Shown here piece by piece: positions 38,925 through 49,916 of a stretch of 64,000 nt of DNA. Origin of the DNA: an uncultured virus (IMG/VR IMGVR_UViG_3300042197_003096) (Duplodnaviria; Heunggongvirae; Uroviricota; Caudoviricetes). Numbering within the stretch: position 1 is the stretch's first letter; every line of letters begins with the position of its first letter. The stretch lies in IMG/VR virus record IMGVR_UViG_3300042197_003096; one strand, 5' to 3'. The notes under the pieces are model-generated. The model was given only the letters and a program-made list of their open reading frames with translations. It had not been told where the DNA came from and did not search any database. The translations under genes were made by a program, and so were the position numbers.

Positions 38925-40337
38925 TTGATGATTATAGATATTGAAAATTCCAGGGAATCATTAATTGTTTCCCATTACACAGAAGAAGGGGACGTCAATC
39001 TTCTAAAAATTAAAATTCCAAAGCATCTACAATTTGTCTGGAAAAAGACCTCACCTTCTGACAAACAGAAGGATCCTGAATGGGTTTCGTGGGATGGACA
39101 TCCAGTTAAAAAAGCAGCAGAGACTTGGAGATTTGACAAATATAGAGTGGTAGAGATTTTGGAATCTATTGATCCGCAGATCACCAAACCCCTCTGGGAT
39201 GACCAAACACCTAAAAAATACTTTGTCGATATTGAGGTAGAGATAACAGATAATAGGGCTGACTCCCTTGATACAGAGAACTCCAAGAACAGAATTCTTT
39301 CTATCGGTATGGCTTCATCACACGGTAAAATTCTTATTCTAGGACTAGAGAACATGCCACCGGAAAGAATTCTAAAAATTGAAAAGAGGATCAAGGACCA
39401 TTTCAAAGAGCTTCCTGGAGACTGGTCTTTCAATTATAGAAAGTTTGAGAGCGAGTTTGATATGCTTTACACCTTTCTTTCTAAGTTGGTTCCTAAAATG
39501 CCTTTAATAACAGGATGGAACTGGTTCGGATATGACTGGCCTTATCTGATTAACAGAGCAAAAAGACTCGGAATAGATCCTAAGATATGTTCCCCCAGTG
39601 GGGTTCTTCTAGGAAAAAACCAAAGACCACAGCACGTTCTAATGGTCGATTATTTGGACATCTATAAGAAATGGGATAGGGTAGTTAAGATCAGAGAATC
39701 TAATTCTCTTGATTATGTTTCCAGTCAGGCAGTTGGCATCAAGAAAATTCAATATAATGGAACTTTAAAAGATCTTTACGAATCTGATTTTGACACGTTC
39801 ATTTTCTATAACGCGGTTGACTGTTGTCTTGTACATTATATTGACAGAAGATTAGACACCCTCTCGACGTTCTTTAAAATTGCAGGGGTTAGCAGAGTAG
39901 AGATTGACAGAGCACTGTCTCCGGTCTGGACAACAGAGGTTCTTATGCTGAGAAAATTTCTGGAAAGAAAAAGGGTAATAGTCGACGAAAAGAAATCTGA
40001 GACCCACACTAAGTTCGAGGGAGCCTATGTCAAAAAACCAGAAAAAGGACTTTACGAATGGATTGCCTGTTTTGACTTTGCATCTCTTTACCCTAATACT
40101 ATGATGCAATGGGGTATTTCTCCTGAAATCTTTATCGGAAAAAATCTAAAAGAGATCCCTGAAGGAGCAATCAAAACTTCATCTGGTGCGGTCTTTTATT
40201 CTAAGGATGGAAAAGAACCAGTTCTTAGAGATATTCTACAAACGCTTTATGCACAAAGAAAATCTACCAAGAATAAATATTTTGAGTGTGAAAAGGAAAT
40301 TGAAAAAATTAAAAAAGCAATAAAAGAAAAATCATAA
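38925..40337 (+). CDS. Family B DNA polymerase, N-terminal subunit (3'-5' exonuclease, motif A, start of fingers)
   Basis: ExoI 'DIE', ExoII 'GWNWFGYDWPYL', ExoIII 'YNAVD', 'FDFASLYP...ISPE'; ends after 'RK..K' fingers helix. Confidence 0.9.
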   Translation: MMIIDIENSRESLIVSHYTEEGDVNLLKIKIPKHLQFVWKKTSPSDKQKDPEWVSWDGHPVKKAAETWRFDKYRVVEILESIDPQITKPLWDDQTPKKYFVDIEVEITDNRADSLDTENSKNRILSIGMASSHGKILILGLENMPPERILKIEKRIKDHFKELPGDWSFNYRKFESEFDMLYTFLSKLVPKMPLITGWNWFGYDWPYLINRAKRLGIDPKICSPSGVLLGKNQRPQHVLMVDYLDIYKKWDRVVKIRESNSLDYVSSQAVGIKKIQYNGTLKDLYESDFDTFIFYNAVDCCLVHYIDRRLDTLSTFFKIAGVSRVEIDRALSPVWTTEVLMLRKFLERKRVIVDEKKSETHTKFEGAYVKKPEKGLYEWIACFDFASLYPNTMMQWGISPEIFIGKNLKEIPEGAIKTSSGAVFYSKDGKEPVLRDILQTLYAQRKSTKNKYFECEKEIEKIKKAIKEKS

Positions 40338-40339
40338 TT

Positions 40340-40849
40340 ATGGCAAACACAGACAACAGCTGCGCAAAATTAGAAATCGAAGACGTTTGGACTCAATCTG
40401 TTACAAACCCCATCAATATTAAAGATGGCGAACGAGTAGGGCCAGACACGTTGGGGGACATCCTAAAACTTCAGGCAGAAACCCAGAAGAATGTTTATGG
40501 CTATGACTTTGAAAATATGACTCTCAGAGAGATCATGGAATTCTGGCACACAAATACTCATTCTTTGATAGATGAAATTCATGAAGCCACTGATGCACTG
40601 GGCGGAATTAAAGACGGAGACGGTAATGCAATCTGGAAGAAATGGAAGAAGGCATATTCAACCTATTCAGAGAAGAAATTCTCTGATCTCTCTCCTTCAG
40701 ATCAAATCGAATGTAAATTCGAAATCATAGATATGCTACATTTCTTTATGAATTATGCAGCTTCTATTGGTATGACATCACGGGAAATGTATAACATGTA
40801 CATGAGCAAAAATAAAGAGAATAGAGAGAGACAAAAAAGAGGTTACTAA
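40340..40849 (+). CDS. Dimeric dUTPase/dCTPase (all-alpha NTP-PPase, T4 gp56-like)
   Basis: 'DEIHE', 'WKKWK', '[11 protein letters not shown]', '[14 protein letters not shown]'. Confidence 0.8.
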   Translation: MANTDNSCAKLEIEDVWTQSVTNPINIKDGERVGPDTLGDILKLQAETQKNVYGYDFENMTLREIMEFWHTNTHSLIDEIHEATDALGGIKDGDGNAIWKKWKKAYSTYSEKKFSDLSPSDQIECKFEIIDMLHFFMNYAASIGMTSREMYNMYMSKNKENRERQKRGY

Positions 40850-40871
40850 ATATATAAAGAAAATAAAAAAC

Positions 40872-41849
40872 ATGGAAAAAATACTAGAACAAAATCCACA
40901 GAGATTCTCACTTTTACCGGTTCAACATCACGATTTATGGAAAATGTATAAAACAGCTGAAGCATCCTTCTGGACTGCAGAAGAGATTGATCTAGCACAA
41001 GACATTTCCCATTGGAGGGAAAAATTGAACGACAATGAAAGATATTTTATCAAACACGTTCTAGCTTTTTTCAACAACTCCGATGGAATAGTCAACGAGA
41101 ATCTAGCAGCAAATTTCTTCAATCAGGTTCAATACCCTGAAGCAAGATGCTTTTATGGGTTTCAGCTCATGATGGAAAATATTCACGGAGAAACTTACTC
41201 CCTTCTAATCGACACTTACATTACAGACAAAGAAGAGAAAGAACATCTGTTCAATGCCATAGAAACAGTTCCTTCGGTGAAAAGAAAAGCTGACTGGGCT
41301 TTTAAATGGATAGAAAATGGTTCTTTTGCGGAAAGACTTATAGCATTTGCGGCTGTTGAAGGTATTTTCTTTTCTGGATCTTTCTGCTCTATTTTCTGGC
41401 TTAAGAAAAGAGGGCTTATGCCTGGACTTTCTTTCTCTAATGAATTGATTTCAAGGGACGAAGGACTACACTGTGATTTTGCCTGTATGCTTTACACTGA
41501 CCACATCGAGAACAAACTTTCAGAGGAAACTGTAAGGGATGTTATAAAAGAGGCAGTAGAGATTGAAAAAGAATTTGTGACTGCTTCTCTTCCCGTAAGA
41601 TTGATTGGAATGAATTCTGATTTGATGTGTCAATACATTGAATATGTTGCTGATAGGCTAATGATATCTTTAGGTTATAGCAAAATATGGGATTCAAAAT
41701 GTCCTTTTGATTTCATGACCAATATAGCCTTGGAAAACAAAGGAAACTTTTTTGAAGGAAGAGTGGGGTCTTATCAGAAGTCAGGAGTTATGGACAGTAC
41801 AAAGGACCAAAGCTCTCAAAAAACTTTCACGATTGATGCTGATTTTTAA
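40872..41849 (+). CDS. nrdB: Ribonucleotide reductase class Ia beta subunit
   Basis: 'FWTAEEIDL', 'ENIHGETYS', '[10 protein letters not shown]', 'ISRDEGLH'. Confidence 0.95.
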   Translation: MEKILEQNPQRFSLLPVQHHDLWKMYKTAEASFWTAEEIDLAQDISHWREKLNDNERYFIKHVLAFFNNSDGIVNENLAANFFNQVQYPEARCFYGFQLMMENIHGETYSLLIDTYITDKEEKEHLFNAIETVPSVKRKADWAFKWIENGSFAERLIAFAAVEGIFFSGSFCSIFWLKKRGLMPGLSFSNELISRDEGLHCDFACMLYTDHIENKLSEETVRDVIKEAVEIEKEFVTASLPVRLIGMNSDLMCQYIEYVADRLMISLGYSKIWDSKCPFDFMTNIALENKGNFFEGRVGSYQKSGVMDSTKDQSSQKTFTIDADF

Positions 41850-41898
41850 TTTGATTCGTGGGGCATAGGACCGATATATAAAAAAACATTTCAAACCC

Positions 41899-42411
41899 AT
41901 GGCAGAGAAAAATAGATCACAGCTCAAGAGTATATTCCAGGCAGGTAACATCCCGACACAACAGGATTTTTCCGATTTCATCGATAGCACATGGAATCTA
42001 GCAGACGATGGATCAGACGGTTATTCTGGACCAACTGGAGCTGCAGGACCAACAGGAGCACAAGGGCTTCAGGGACCAACCGGAACTACAGGGGACAATT
42101 CTTTAACAGCTATTAATTTACAGGGTGGAGATTATATTCTTTTACTTGACGATATAGGGGGTATGGTTGAAATAGCTACTGGAGCAACTGCTACTGTAAC
42201 GATTCCCGCCGATTCTTCTGTTCCCTTTCCTGTGGGCTCTCAGGTACTTGTGACGAGAGGAGGAATAGGACCCGTTTCAATTACAGGAGCTGCTGGAGTA
42301 ACGGTTAGGTCACCACAAGGTTATTTAAACCTTCCTTATCAATATTCTATAGCTGAGCTTTATAAAATAGACACAGATACCTGGACGATTTCCGGGGACC
42401 TTTCGTCTTGA
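41899..42411 (+). CDS. Short collagen-containing fibre-like protein
   Basis: 'LKSIFQAGNIPTQQDFSDFIDS' N-terminus; GPTGAAGPTGAQG repeats; C-terminal 'WTISGDL'; GATATATA at 41873. Confidence 0.65.
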   Translation: MAEKNRSQLKSIFQAGNIPTQQDFSDFIDSTWNLADDGSDGYSGPTGAAGPTGAQGLQGPTGTTGDNSLTAINLQGGDYILLLDDIGGMVEIATGATATVTIPADSSVPFPVGSQVLVTRGGIGPVSITGAAGVTVRSPQGYLNLPYQYSIAELYKIDTDTWTISGDLSS

Positions 42412-42505
42412 CGGTTAATTATTTTTAAAAAACAATCAAATGAAAAAAATTCATTTGTGTAACTTTTTGTCCCTAAAGGAAATAAAAATTAAATAAAACA
42501 GAAAA

Positions 42506-44884
42506 ATGGAAGTAATAAAAAGAGATGGATCACGAGAAAGAGTTAAACTCGATAAAATTTTAAATAGGGTCAAAAAGCAATGTTATGGTTTGAACATCGA
42601 CTACGTCGAACCCATGGAAATTGCTAAAAAAGTTATCCATGGTCTTTATGACGGGATCACTTCTGTAGAGTTGGACGTGTTGGCGGCAGAAACAGCTGCA
42701 GCATTAACCCCAACCCATCCTGACTATTCCATTCTAGCTGCTAGAATTTCTATTACTTCCTTACACAAGGTCACACCTAAAAGTTTTTCACAAGTCATAG
42801 AGAATCTTTACTCCTATGTGGACCCGAAAACCGGGTTAAAAGCACCCATGATTGCTGATGATGTGTATGAGATTGTCATGAACAACGCTAAGGACATAGA
42901 TTCACAAATTATTTATGACAGGGATTCTGAATATGATTATTTTGGATTCAAAACTTTAGAAAAATCTTATCTACTTAAAATCGACGGTAAGCCAGCGGAA
43001 AGGCCACAACACATGCTTATGAGAGTGGCCATAGGAATCCACAAGAACGATTTAGTATCGGCTTATAAGACATACGATTTAATGAGCCAAGGGTTCTTTA
43101 CACACGCTACACCAACACTTTTCAATTCGGGAACAAGAAGGCCGCAGCTTTCGTCGTGTTTCTTACTCTCTATGCACGATGATTCAATTCAAGGGATTTA
43201 TAAAACACTTTCCGATGTTGCACAGATTTCTAAGAATGCTGGAGGTATAGGTCTGCACATTCACAACGTTAGGGGTACAGGAGCTTATATCAAGGGAACA
43301 AATGGAACATCAAACGGGGTGATTCCTATGTTAAAAGTCTTCAATGAGACTGCAAGATATGTTGACCAAGGTGGGGGTAGAAGAAAAGGGTCTTTTGCAA
43401 TCTACTTAGAACCTTGGCACTGTGATATTGAAGATTTCTTAAACCTTAGAAAGAATCATGGTAAGGAAGAGATGAGAGCAAGAGACTTATTTCTTGCTCT
43501 CTGGATCCCTGATCTCTTCATGGAAAGAATTAAAGAGGGCGGAGACTGGTCATTATTTTCTCCAGACGAAGCTCCTGGGTTAGCAGACGTTTATGGGGAG
43601 GACTTCAAAAAACTTTATCTGAAGTACGAATCCCAGAATAAATCTAGAAAAACGATTAAGGCTCAAGATCTTTGGTACAAAATAATCGAAGCTCAAATTG
43701 AAACAGGAGTTCCTTATATGCTTTATAAAGATGCTGCAAACATCAAAAGCAATCAAAAGAATTTAGGTACAATCAAATCTTCAAATCTTTGTACAGAAAT
43801 CATTGAATACTCGGATTCAAAGGAAACTGCAGTTTGTAATCTTGCTTCTATTGCCTTGCCTAAATTTATTATTCCAGGAAAGAAACCGAAGTATGATCTC
43901 AACGCATTAAAAGATATTGCTTACACTGCCACTTTCAATTTGAATCGGGTCATTGATGTCAACTATTATCCAACAAAGGAAACCAAGACCTCGAATTTAA
44001 AACACAGACCTATAGGAATTGGTGTTCAAGGTCTGGCAGATACTTTTGCAATGTTAAAACTTCCTTTTGATTCGGAGGAAGCCAAGCAGCTTGATAGGGA
44101 AATCTTCGAAGCAATTTATTTCGGAGCCATGACTGCTTCCGTAGATCTTGCTGAGACCGAAGGAGCTTACGAGTCTTTCAAAGGTTCACCATTATCAGAA
44201 GGAATTTTTCAATTCGATCTTTGGGGACAGCAACCAAGTAATAGATGGGATTGGGAATCATTAAGGGAAAGAGTTAAAAAGACGGGTGCTAGAAATTCTT
44301 TATTACTTGCACCCATGCCTACCGCTTCAACAAGTCAGATTCTAGGTAATAACGAGTGTTTTGAACCTTTTACCTCAAACATTTACATCCGTAAAACTTT
44401 GTCTGGTGAATTCCCAGTAGTTAATAAACACCTGGTGAAAGATCTCGTTAAAATTGGACTTTGGAGTGAAAAACTAAGGGACAAGATCATTATAAACAAC
44501 GGATCTATCCAAGATATTCCAGAAATTCCAGATGATCTAAAAGGAATTTATAAAACTGCTTGGGAGATGAGCCAAAAAATTATCATCGACCACGCTGCAG
44601 AAAGAGCGCCTTTTATTTGTCAAAGTCAGAGTATGAATCTTTTTGTTCAGGATGCCAATTTTGCAAAACTTTCTTCTGCCCATTTCTATTCCTGGAGTAA
44701 AGGACTAAAAACAGGAAGTTATTACATTAGAACAAAGGCAGCAACAACTGCTATTAAAGGACTCGGAATCGACATGAGTAAACAAGACGAAACACCGATT
44801 GTTCAGAAAACAGAAGAAGAAAATCTTAGTGATATGATGTGCAGCCTGGATAATCCAGATGACTGCATCGCTTGCGGATCTTAA
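42506..44884 (+). CDS. nrdA: Ribonucleotide reductase class Ia alpha subunit with ATP-cone
   Basis: 'VIKRDG' ATP cone, 'ATPTLFN', 'SSCFL', 'SNLCTEI', 'PTASTSQI', C-terminal CIACGS. Confidence 0.97.
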   Translation: MEVIKRDGSRERVKLDKILNRVKKQCYGLNIDYVEPMEIAKKVIHGLYDGITSVELDVLAAETAAALTPTHPDYSILAARISITSLHKVTPKSFSQVIENLYSYVDPKTGLKAPMIADDVYEIVMNNAKDIDSQIIYDRDSEYDYFGFKTLEKSYLLKIDGKPAERPQHMLMRVAIGIHKNDLVSAYKTYDLMSQGFFTHATPTLFNSGTRRPQLSSCFLLSMHDDSIQGIYKTLSDVAQISKNAGGIGLHIHNVRGTGAYIKGTNGTSNGVIPMLKVFNETARYVDQGGGRRKGSFAIYLEPWHCDIEDFLNLRKNHGKEEMRARDLFLALWIPDLFMERIKEGGDWSLFSPDEAPGLADVYGEDFKKLYLKYESQNKSRKTIKAQDLWYKIIEAQIETGVPYMLYKDAANIKSNQKNLGTIKSSNLCTEIIEYSDSKETAVCNLASIALPKFIIPGKKPKYDLNALKDIAYTATFNLNRVIDVNYYPTKETKTSNLKHRPIGIGVQGLADTFAMLKLPFDSEEAKQLDREIFEAIYFGAMTASVDLAETEGAYESFKGSPLSEGIFQFDLWGQQPSNRWDWESLRERVKKTGARNSLLLAPMPTASTSQILGNNECFEPFTSNIYIRKTLSGEFPVVNKHLVKDLVKIGLWSEKLRDKIIINNGSIQDIPEIPDDLKGIYKTAWEMSQKIIIDHAAERAPFICQSQSMNLFVQDANFAKLSSAHFYSWSKGLKTGSYYIRTKAATTAIKGLGIDMSKQDETPIVQKTEEENLSDMMCSLDNPDDCIACGS

Positions 44885-44896
44885 TTAATCGTTATA

Positions 44897-45499
44897 ATGA
44901 AAAAGCACATAGAAGAATTCCGAGAATTCAAAAAAGAAAAACCGAACAAAAGAGAAGTCGTACTGTTCGTCGGTCCTCCGGGATCTGGCAAGGGAACACA
45001 ATCACAAATTGTCGCCAAGGAAAAAGACTATGTTCATGTTTCTACAGGGGACATCTTAAGGAAGTCTAAAGATCCTAAAATCAAAGAAATGATGAAGACG
45101 GGTAAGCTTTTGCCTGACGATCTTCTGGCCAAAGTGGTACAGCAGTTCGTCGAAGATACACCAGAAGCAAAAGGTTTTATTTTTGACGGATACCCAAGAA
45201 ATCTTTCACAAAAGGATCACTTTCGAGAAATTTTACTAAACACAAATCTTGTCTTGCAAAGTGTAATTTTTCTGGACGTTCCTGAAGAGACACTTTTTAA
45301 AAGAATTAAGGAGAGATCTAAAACTTCAGGAAGAGCTGATGATGCAGATCCAAAAGTTTTTTCCACTAGAATGGAGGAATACAACACACAAACTTTACCG
45401 ATGATTAAATCGATGAAAGAGGATGAAGGATTTTCCAAAATAGACGGGACAAAAAAATTGGAAACTATTACCAAAAACATTCTAAAAAAGATAAATTAA
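44897..45499 (+). CDS. adk: Adenylate kinase
   Basis: 'GPPGSGKGTQ', 'STGDILR', 'FDGYPRN', 'GRADD'. Confidence 0.9.
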   Translation: MKKHIEEFREFKKEKPNKREVVLFVGPPGSGKGTQSQIVAKEKDYVHVSTGDILRKSKDPKIKEMMKTGKLLPDDLLAKVVQQFVEDTPEAKGFIFDGYPRNLSQKDHFREILLNTNLVLQSVIFLDVPEETLFKRIKERSKTSGRADDADPKVFSTRMEEYNTQTLPMIKSMKEDEGFSKIDGTKKLETITKNILKKIN

Positions 45500-45509
45500 A
45501 ACAATTTTT

Positions 45510-46733
45510 ATGGCCAAGAAAAAACTAGAAGAAGCCCCTGAAACTAAAGAACTTGGGAGACCGAGTCTTTGCTTAGTGATGATCGTAAAAAACGAATCTA
45601 AAGTTATTAAGAGATGTATCGATTCTGTTAAAGATTATATTGATTATTGGGTCATTGTAGACACTGGATCCACAGACGGAACACAGGAAATGATCAAATC
45701 TATCATGGACGGTTATAACATTCCAGGGGAACTTCACGAAAGACCTTGGGTAGATTTCGGACACAATAGAACAGAAAGTCTTCAATACTCAAAGGGAAAA
45801 GCAGACTACAGATTAGTTATAGATGCAGATGACGTCTTGGTCGTGGAAAATAATTCTATTAATCCTTTCCAAAATCTCTCTGCAGATTCATACAAGGTTA
45901 AGATACGCCTTTCGAGTCTAGCGTACTTCAGAACACAGATAGTTAAAGGTGACCAAGATTGGAAATACGTCGGCGTGTTGCACGAATATCTTTCTGGTCC
46001 TTCTGATATACAGGTCACGGAGAACTTTGTTGAAGGAGCAGAAATGCACGCTTCTGTTTCTGGACACACCAGAGACATTAAAGGAAAGGCAAAATATCAC
46101 AACGACGCTTTAATTTTCGAAAAAGCTTTAATTACTACCCCGAAAGAGGATCTTCCCATAGATCTTGAACGTAGATATGTTTTCTATATGGCTCAAAGCT
46201 ATAGAGATGCTGGTATGTACGAAAGATCAATGGAGGCATATCAGAGAAGAGTTGATCTAGGAGGCTGGGCAGAAGAGGTTTATATTTCTAAGTATTGGAT
46301 TGCCAACTTAAAACAGAGGATGGGAAAATCCGAAGATGAAATTATCAACTCTTATTTACAAGCTTGGGAGTACAGACCTAATCGAATCGAAGCATTATAT
46401 CACCTAATTAAATTCTTAGGTACCCAGAAAAGATATGCTCTTGCTTTTGCTTTGGCTTCTGTTGGAATGAAAACAGGGCCCTGCTCAGATATTCTTTTCG
46501 TAGAGGAAGAAATATGGAGATGGAGAATGCCAGACGAATATGCAGTTTTATCTTTCTATAACGGAAATGCTAAAGAAGCCTATAAAACAACAAAGGTTCT
46601 AATGGAATCCCAGTTTTTCAACGCCATTCCACCTCAGGACAGGGAGAGGATTCAAAAAAATATGGAATTCTACGAACAAGCACTCCAAAACGAACAAAAC
46701 GCACTAGAAGAAAAGAAAATGCAAGCTGTCTGA
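45510..46733 (+). CDS. GT2 glycosyltransferase with TPR-like C-terminus
   Basis: 'MIVKNE', 'DTGSTDGT', 'FGHNR', 'IDADD', 'GVLHE'; helical repeats 'FYMAQSYRD'. Confidence 0.85.
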   Translation: MAKKKLEEAPETKELGRPSLCLVMIVKNESKVIKRCIDSVKDYIDYWVIVDTGSTDGTQEMIKSIMDGYNIPGELHERPWVDFGHNRTESLQYSKGKADYRLVIDADDVLVVENNSINPFQNLSADSYKVKIRLSSLAYFRTQIVKGDQDWKYVGVLHEYLSGPSDIQVTENFVEGAEMHASVSGHTRDIKGKAKYHNDALIFEKALITTPKEDLPIDLERRYVFYMAQSYRDAGMYERSMEAYQRRVDLGGWAEEVYISKYWIANLKQRMGKSEDEIINSYLQAWEYRPNRIEALYHLIKFLGTQKRYALAFALASVGMKTGPCSDILFVEEEIWRWRMPDEYAVLSFYNGNAKEAYKTTKVLMESQFFNAIPPQDRERIQKNMEFYEQALQNEQNALEEKKMQAV

Positions 46734-46757
46734 GATATATAAAGAAAAAAAGACAGC

Positions 46758-47249
46758 ATGTATATTTTAAAATTCGACCAGTTTATCAACGAAGCTTATG
46801 TTGAACCAAGTGGAACAACCGGCGTTCCTGTTTATAGAGGTTCTTCTTTCAAAGCAGAAAGATATATCAAAAGGGGAATGCTTCTTCCAGAACTACAAGA
46901 TCTTTTAGGTCAAGTTATGTCAGGAGCACTTAAATCTTTAACCGTACTTGCAGAAATCCCAACACAAGGTAAAAATGCACCACAGTACATTAAAGATATT
47001 TATGCAGAAATGGGATACGTTGAATCTCCAGAAGAAGACAAATACGATCCAGAAACTGACACTTACATGGGTAAGAGAGACAAAAGAGAGGACGAACCAG
47101 AGATGAACATTTTTGTTGATTCTGAATTCGTTGTTAAGGACATTGATATGGCCAAAGGACTTATCATCGGATCTCCTTATTCTCTAAGACACAAAGGTAT
47201 CTTGGTCGAAATTGATCCGGAAAAGGTAGACGAGATTTTCATTAAGTAA
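46758..47249 (+). CDS. Hypothetical protein with CTS-like N-terminus
   Basis: MYILKFDQFINEA; GATATATA at 46734. Confidence 0.6.
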   Translation: MYILKFDQFINEAYVEPSGTTGVPVYRGSSFKAERYIKRGMLLPELQDLLGQVMSGALKSLTVLAEIPTQGKNAPQYIKDIYAEMGYVESPEEDKYDPETDTYMGKRDKREDEPEMNIFVDSEFVVKDIDMAKGLIIGSPYSLRHKGILVEIDPEKVDEIFIK

Positions 47250-47278
47250 TCTTCCTAATCCATATATAAAATCACATC

Positions 47279-47305
47279 AATGCCATCCTAAGGGATGGCA
47301 TTTTT
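47279..47305 (+). terminator. Intrinsic terminator
   Basis: aatgccatcc-taag-ggatggcatt followed by T-run. Confidence 0.75.
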
Positions 47306-47348
47306 GTTTACAGGAACTTTTTTGATGATTTGGTTTATAAGTAATACT

Positions 47349-49133
47349 ATGTCTTCAAATAAAGAAATTAAAGTTCTATCGGAGAGAGATCATATTCTTC
47401 TCCGTCCTACTGTTTATGTAGGAAGTGTTAAACCAACAGAAGAAAAAACCCCGGTAGTTAAAGAGGGTAAACTTTTTGTCGAACAAAGAACAATATCCGT
47501 CGGGATGTACAAACTGTTCGATGAGGTTTTTTCTAACTCCCTAGACGAAGCTAAAAGAATGGGAGGTAAAATGAAAAAAATCGCCATCTCGGTAGACTCC
47601 AAACAAAACACTGTTTCTGTTCAGGACACAGGAAATGGGTTTTACAAGGGAACGGAGACCAACAAAGTCAGCGGATTCTCTAACATCGAAACCGCTGTCT
47701 CTCAACTCCGTGCAGGATCCAATTTTGAAAATGACGAAGTTCAGGAATCACTGGTGGGAACAAACGGTATGGGAGTCAGTCTGGTTAATGTGCTTTCAAA
47801 GAATTTCTCAATAGAAACTATCAATGACAAATTCTTTTATTCACAGCAATGGAAAAACTACGAAAGAAACGAACCAGTAATTAAAAAGAGAACCTCAGAA
47901 AAAACAGGTACTAAAGTCACGTTCACTCCCCTGGGTGAAGTTTTTGGTTATTCAAAGTGGGACAAAGAAATCCTATCTTCTATCCTTATTTTAAAATATG
48001 ATCTAATTAAGAGAGATTCAATACTAGGAAAATTAGAAATTGAACTTCTTTGGGACGGCTCTAAAATTGATCTCAACCAAAACTTTTTACCCGAAGCCAG
48101 CTTTAAGATCAACACTGAAATAGGACAAATAAGTATTTGGGAAAAGTACGAGGGATCTGGTTCTATTAGTTTTGTTAACTCTGCTATTTGCGCTGGAATA
48201 CACCAAAAAATAGTTAATGATTTTATCAACGAAAAATTGGACGACACACTCGGACATCACTTCTACGAATGTTTGATCGTCTTGAATCTTCCTCCAAAAT
48301 ATGTGAAATTCGGAGACCAAAACAAAACTAGGTTTGTTACCACAAGGGAAGAAATTGAATCACTTTTGATAAACAAGTTTGGGTCCAAGCTTCAAGGATT
48401 TTTCAAAACGGATCTTTATGAAAGGATCTTGAAAAAAGTGGAAGAAAGGAAAACTGAAGGCTATGTTAAGAAGTTAAGAGCAGAAAAAAGAAAGATTAAC
48501 ATCAAGCAATCTCATAAATATTTTCCGGCTCAAAAGGCTTTAGCTGAAAATCTTTTTATAGTGGAAGGACTATCAGCAATGGGATCAATTCTGCAAAAAA
48601 GAAATCCCAAAGAAGATGGTGTTTATGCTCTTAAGGGTAAAATCAAAAATTGTAAAAACATCGGAGATCTTTCTGACAACAAGGAAATTCTTGAACTTAT
48701 GCACATTCTTGGGTTGGACCCGACCTCTAGAAATACTGAAGTTGTTGCATATAAAAGAATAGTTATAGCAACTGACCCAGACCCAGACGGTGCACACATC
48801 ACTTCTCTTTTGATTAATCTGTTTTATAAATGGTTTCCGACACTAATTAAAAACGGAAGGATTTCATTTTTAAGAATACCTCTGGTTTCTGTAGGTGATG
48901 GAAAGAAGAGAAAGTATTTCTGGGATTTGGAAGAATTTAAAAGGGCTAGGGTTAGTGGAACAACGAGATACCTAAAAGGATTAGGTTCCTTGTCATTAGA
49001 GGATTGGGAATGGGTGATGGCGAGTAAAGTTCTAGTTAAAGTCGAAGAAAGTCCTGATAGTAAAGAAAAATTAGAAATGGCTTTTGGTGATTCTTCAGAT
49101 TTGAGAAAAAAGTGGTTATCTTCTACTATTTGA
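47349..49133 (+). CDS. Type II topoisomerase ATPase/TOPRIM subunit (GyrB/T4 gp39+60-like)
   Basis: 'DEVFSNSLDE', 'DTGNG', 'GTNGMG', 'VEGLSA', 'LKGKIKN', 'TDPDPDG', 'YLKGLGS'. Confidence 0.9.
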   Translation: MSSNKEIKVLSERDHILLRPTVYVGSVKPTEEKTPVVKEGKLFVEQRTISVGMYKLFDEVFSNSLDEAKRMGGKMKKIAISVDSKQNTVSVQDTGNGFYKGTETNKVSGFSNIETAVSQLRAGSNFENDEVQESLVGTNGMGVSLVNVLSKNFSIETINDKFFYSQQWKNYERNEPVIKKRTSEKTGTKVTFTPLGEVFGYSKWDKEILSSILILKYDLIKRDSILGKLEIELLWDGSKIDLNQNFLPEASFKINTEIGQISIWEKYEGSGSISFVNSAICAGIHQKIVNDFINEKLDDTLGHHFYECLIVLNLPPKYVKFGDQNKTRFVTTREEIESLLINKFGSKLQGFFKTDLYERILKKVEERKTEGYVKKLRAEKRKINIKQSHKYFPAQKALAENLFIVEGLSAMGSILQKRNPKEDGVYALKGKIKNCKNIGDLSDNKEILELMHILGLDPTSRNTEVVAYKRIVIATDPDPDGAHITSLLINLFYKWFPTLIKNGRISFLRIPLVSVGDGKKRKYFWDLEEFKRARVSGTTRYLKGLGSLSLEDWEWVMASKVLVKVEESPDSKEKLEMAFGDSSDLRKKWLSSTI

Positions 49134-49160
49134 GATATATAATTAACGATATATAGTAGG

Positions 49161-49904
49161 ATGATCAAAAAGCTAAAAGATTTTGTTGTTGAACAGGAGG
49201 ATTCTAAAAAGAATCCTGACATTATAACCACTGGAGAAAAGTCTTCCAAATTGAAAATCAATTGGGTTGAACCTGACCTTGCTGAAGAGGTTCAGCACTA
49301 CGATGATAAGGCTAAGATAGAATTTTATCAGCATAACATCACTATAGGCAACAAAGACATAGGTAAAGTTAACCCTAGGTCAACAAAGTTTTATAAGTAC
49401 ATTTTAGACCCATTCAAAAAAGGATCTCTTGAGATGTTGCCCGTGGTTTCTGAAGGGGATTTTCAAGTTTCAAAAGTACAAAATCTGTTGTCCTTTGAAT
49501 TTGATAACATAGTTACTGGAGCATATGGGAAAGCATACGGGGAGGTTCTAGAACAAATGGCAGAGGATTTAAAAAAAGAAGGAAGTTTATCCCTACCAGC
49601 TCCAATTGTTATTCGTTTCATCAATTTTGGGGAAACCAGAACCTCTTCTGAATCCAGCTATTATCTTTTCTCCGGAAATCGTAGAATCAATCTTGCACTT
49701 CATTATGCCATCCCAATCAAAGTTTGGGTGGTTGACTTAGTTCCTTCAAGAAGAGATGTTAGAGATTTTGCACAAAAATCCGGTGCCACACAAGACCCAG
49801 AAAAATTCAAGAAAATTCTTAGAAGATTAACGGGTAAAGAATCCCTTGACGATCTGAACGCTAGGGAAAGATTCAAAATTATTCAATCCTTAAAATCTTT
49901 TTAA
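49161..49904 (+). CDS. ParB/Srx-like domain protein with CTS-like N-terminus
   Basis: 'PAPIV', 'YYLFSGNRR..LA'; MIKKLKDFVVEQ; GATATATA at 49134 and 49148. Confidence 0.5.
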   Translation: MIKKLKDFVVEQEDSKKNPDIITTGEKSSKLKINWVEPDLAEEVQHYDDKAKIEFYQHNITIGNKDIGKVNPRSTKFYKYILDPFKKGSLEMLPVVSEGDFQVSKVQNLLSFEFDNIVTGAYGKAYGEVLEQMAEDLKKEGSLSLPAPIVIRFINFGETRTSSESSYYLFSGNRRINLALHYAIPIKVWVVDLVPSRRDVRDFAQKSGATQDPEKFKKILRRLTGKESLDDLNARERFKIIQSLKSF

Positions 49905-49916
49905 TACATTTGTCCT

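Noticed and set aside
40260..40337. Split intein joining the polymerase halves
   Set aside because: No C/S-initiated intein N-block at the end of Pol-N and no HN-C/S/T junction at the start of Pol-C
40872..44884. Eukaryotic giant virus origin suggested by eukaryote-like RNR and MBD4-like genes
   Set aside because: T4-like gp32/UvsW/primase, tail fibres, tmRNA, operon coupling and intrinsic terminators indicate a bacteriophage; this RNR type also occurs in Bacteroidota
47295..47348. Extended N-terminus of topo B as in the ORF track
   Set aside because: It overlaps a terminator and a promoter-like motif; ATG 47349 is the better start
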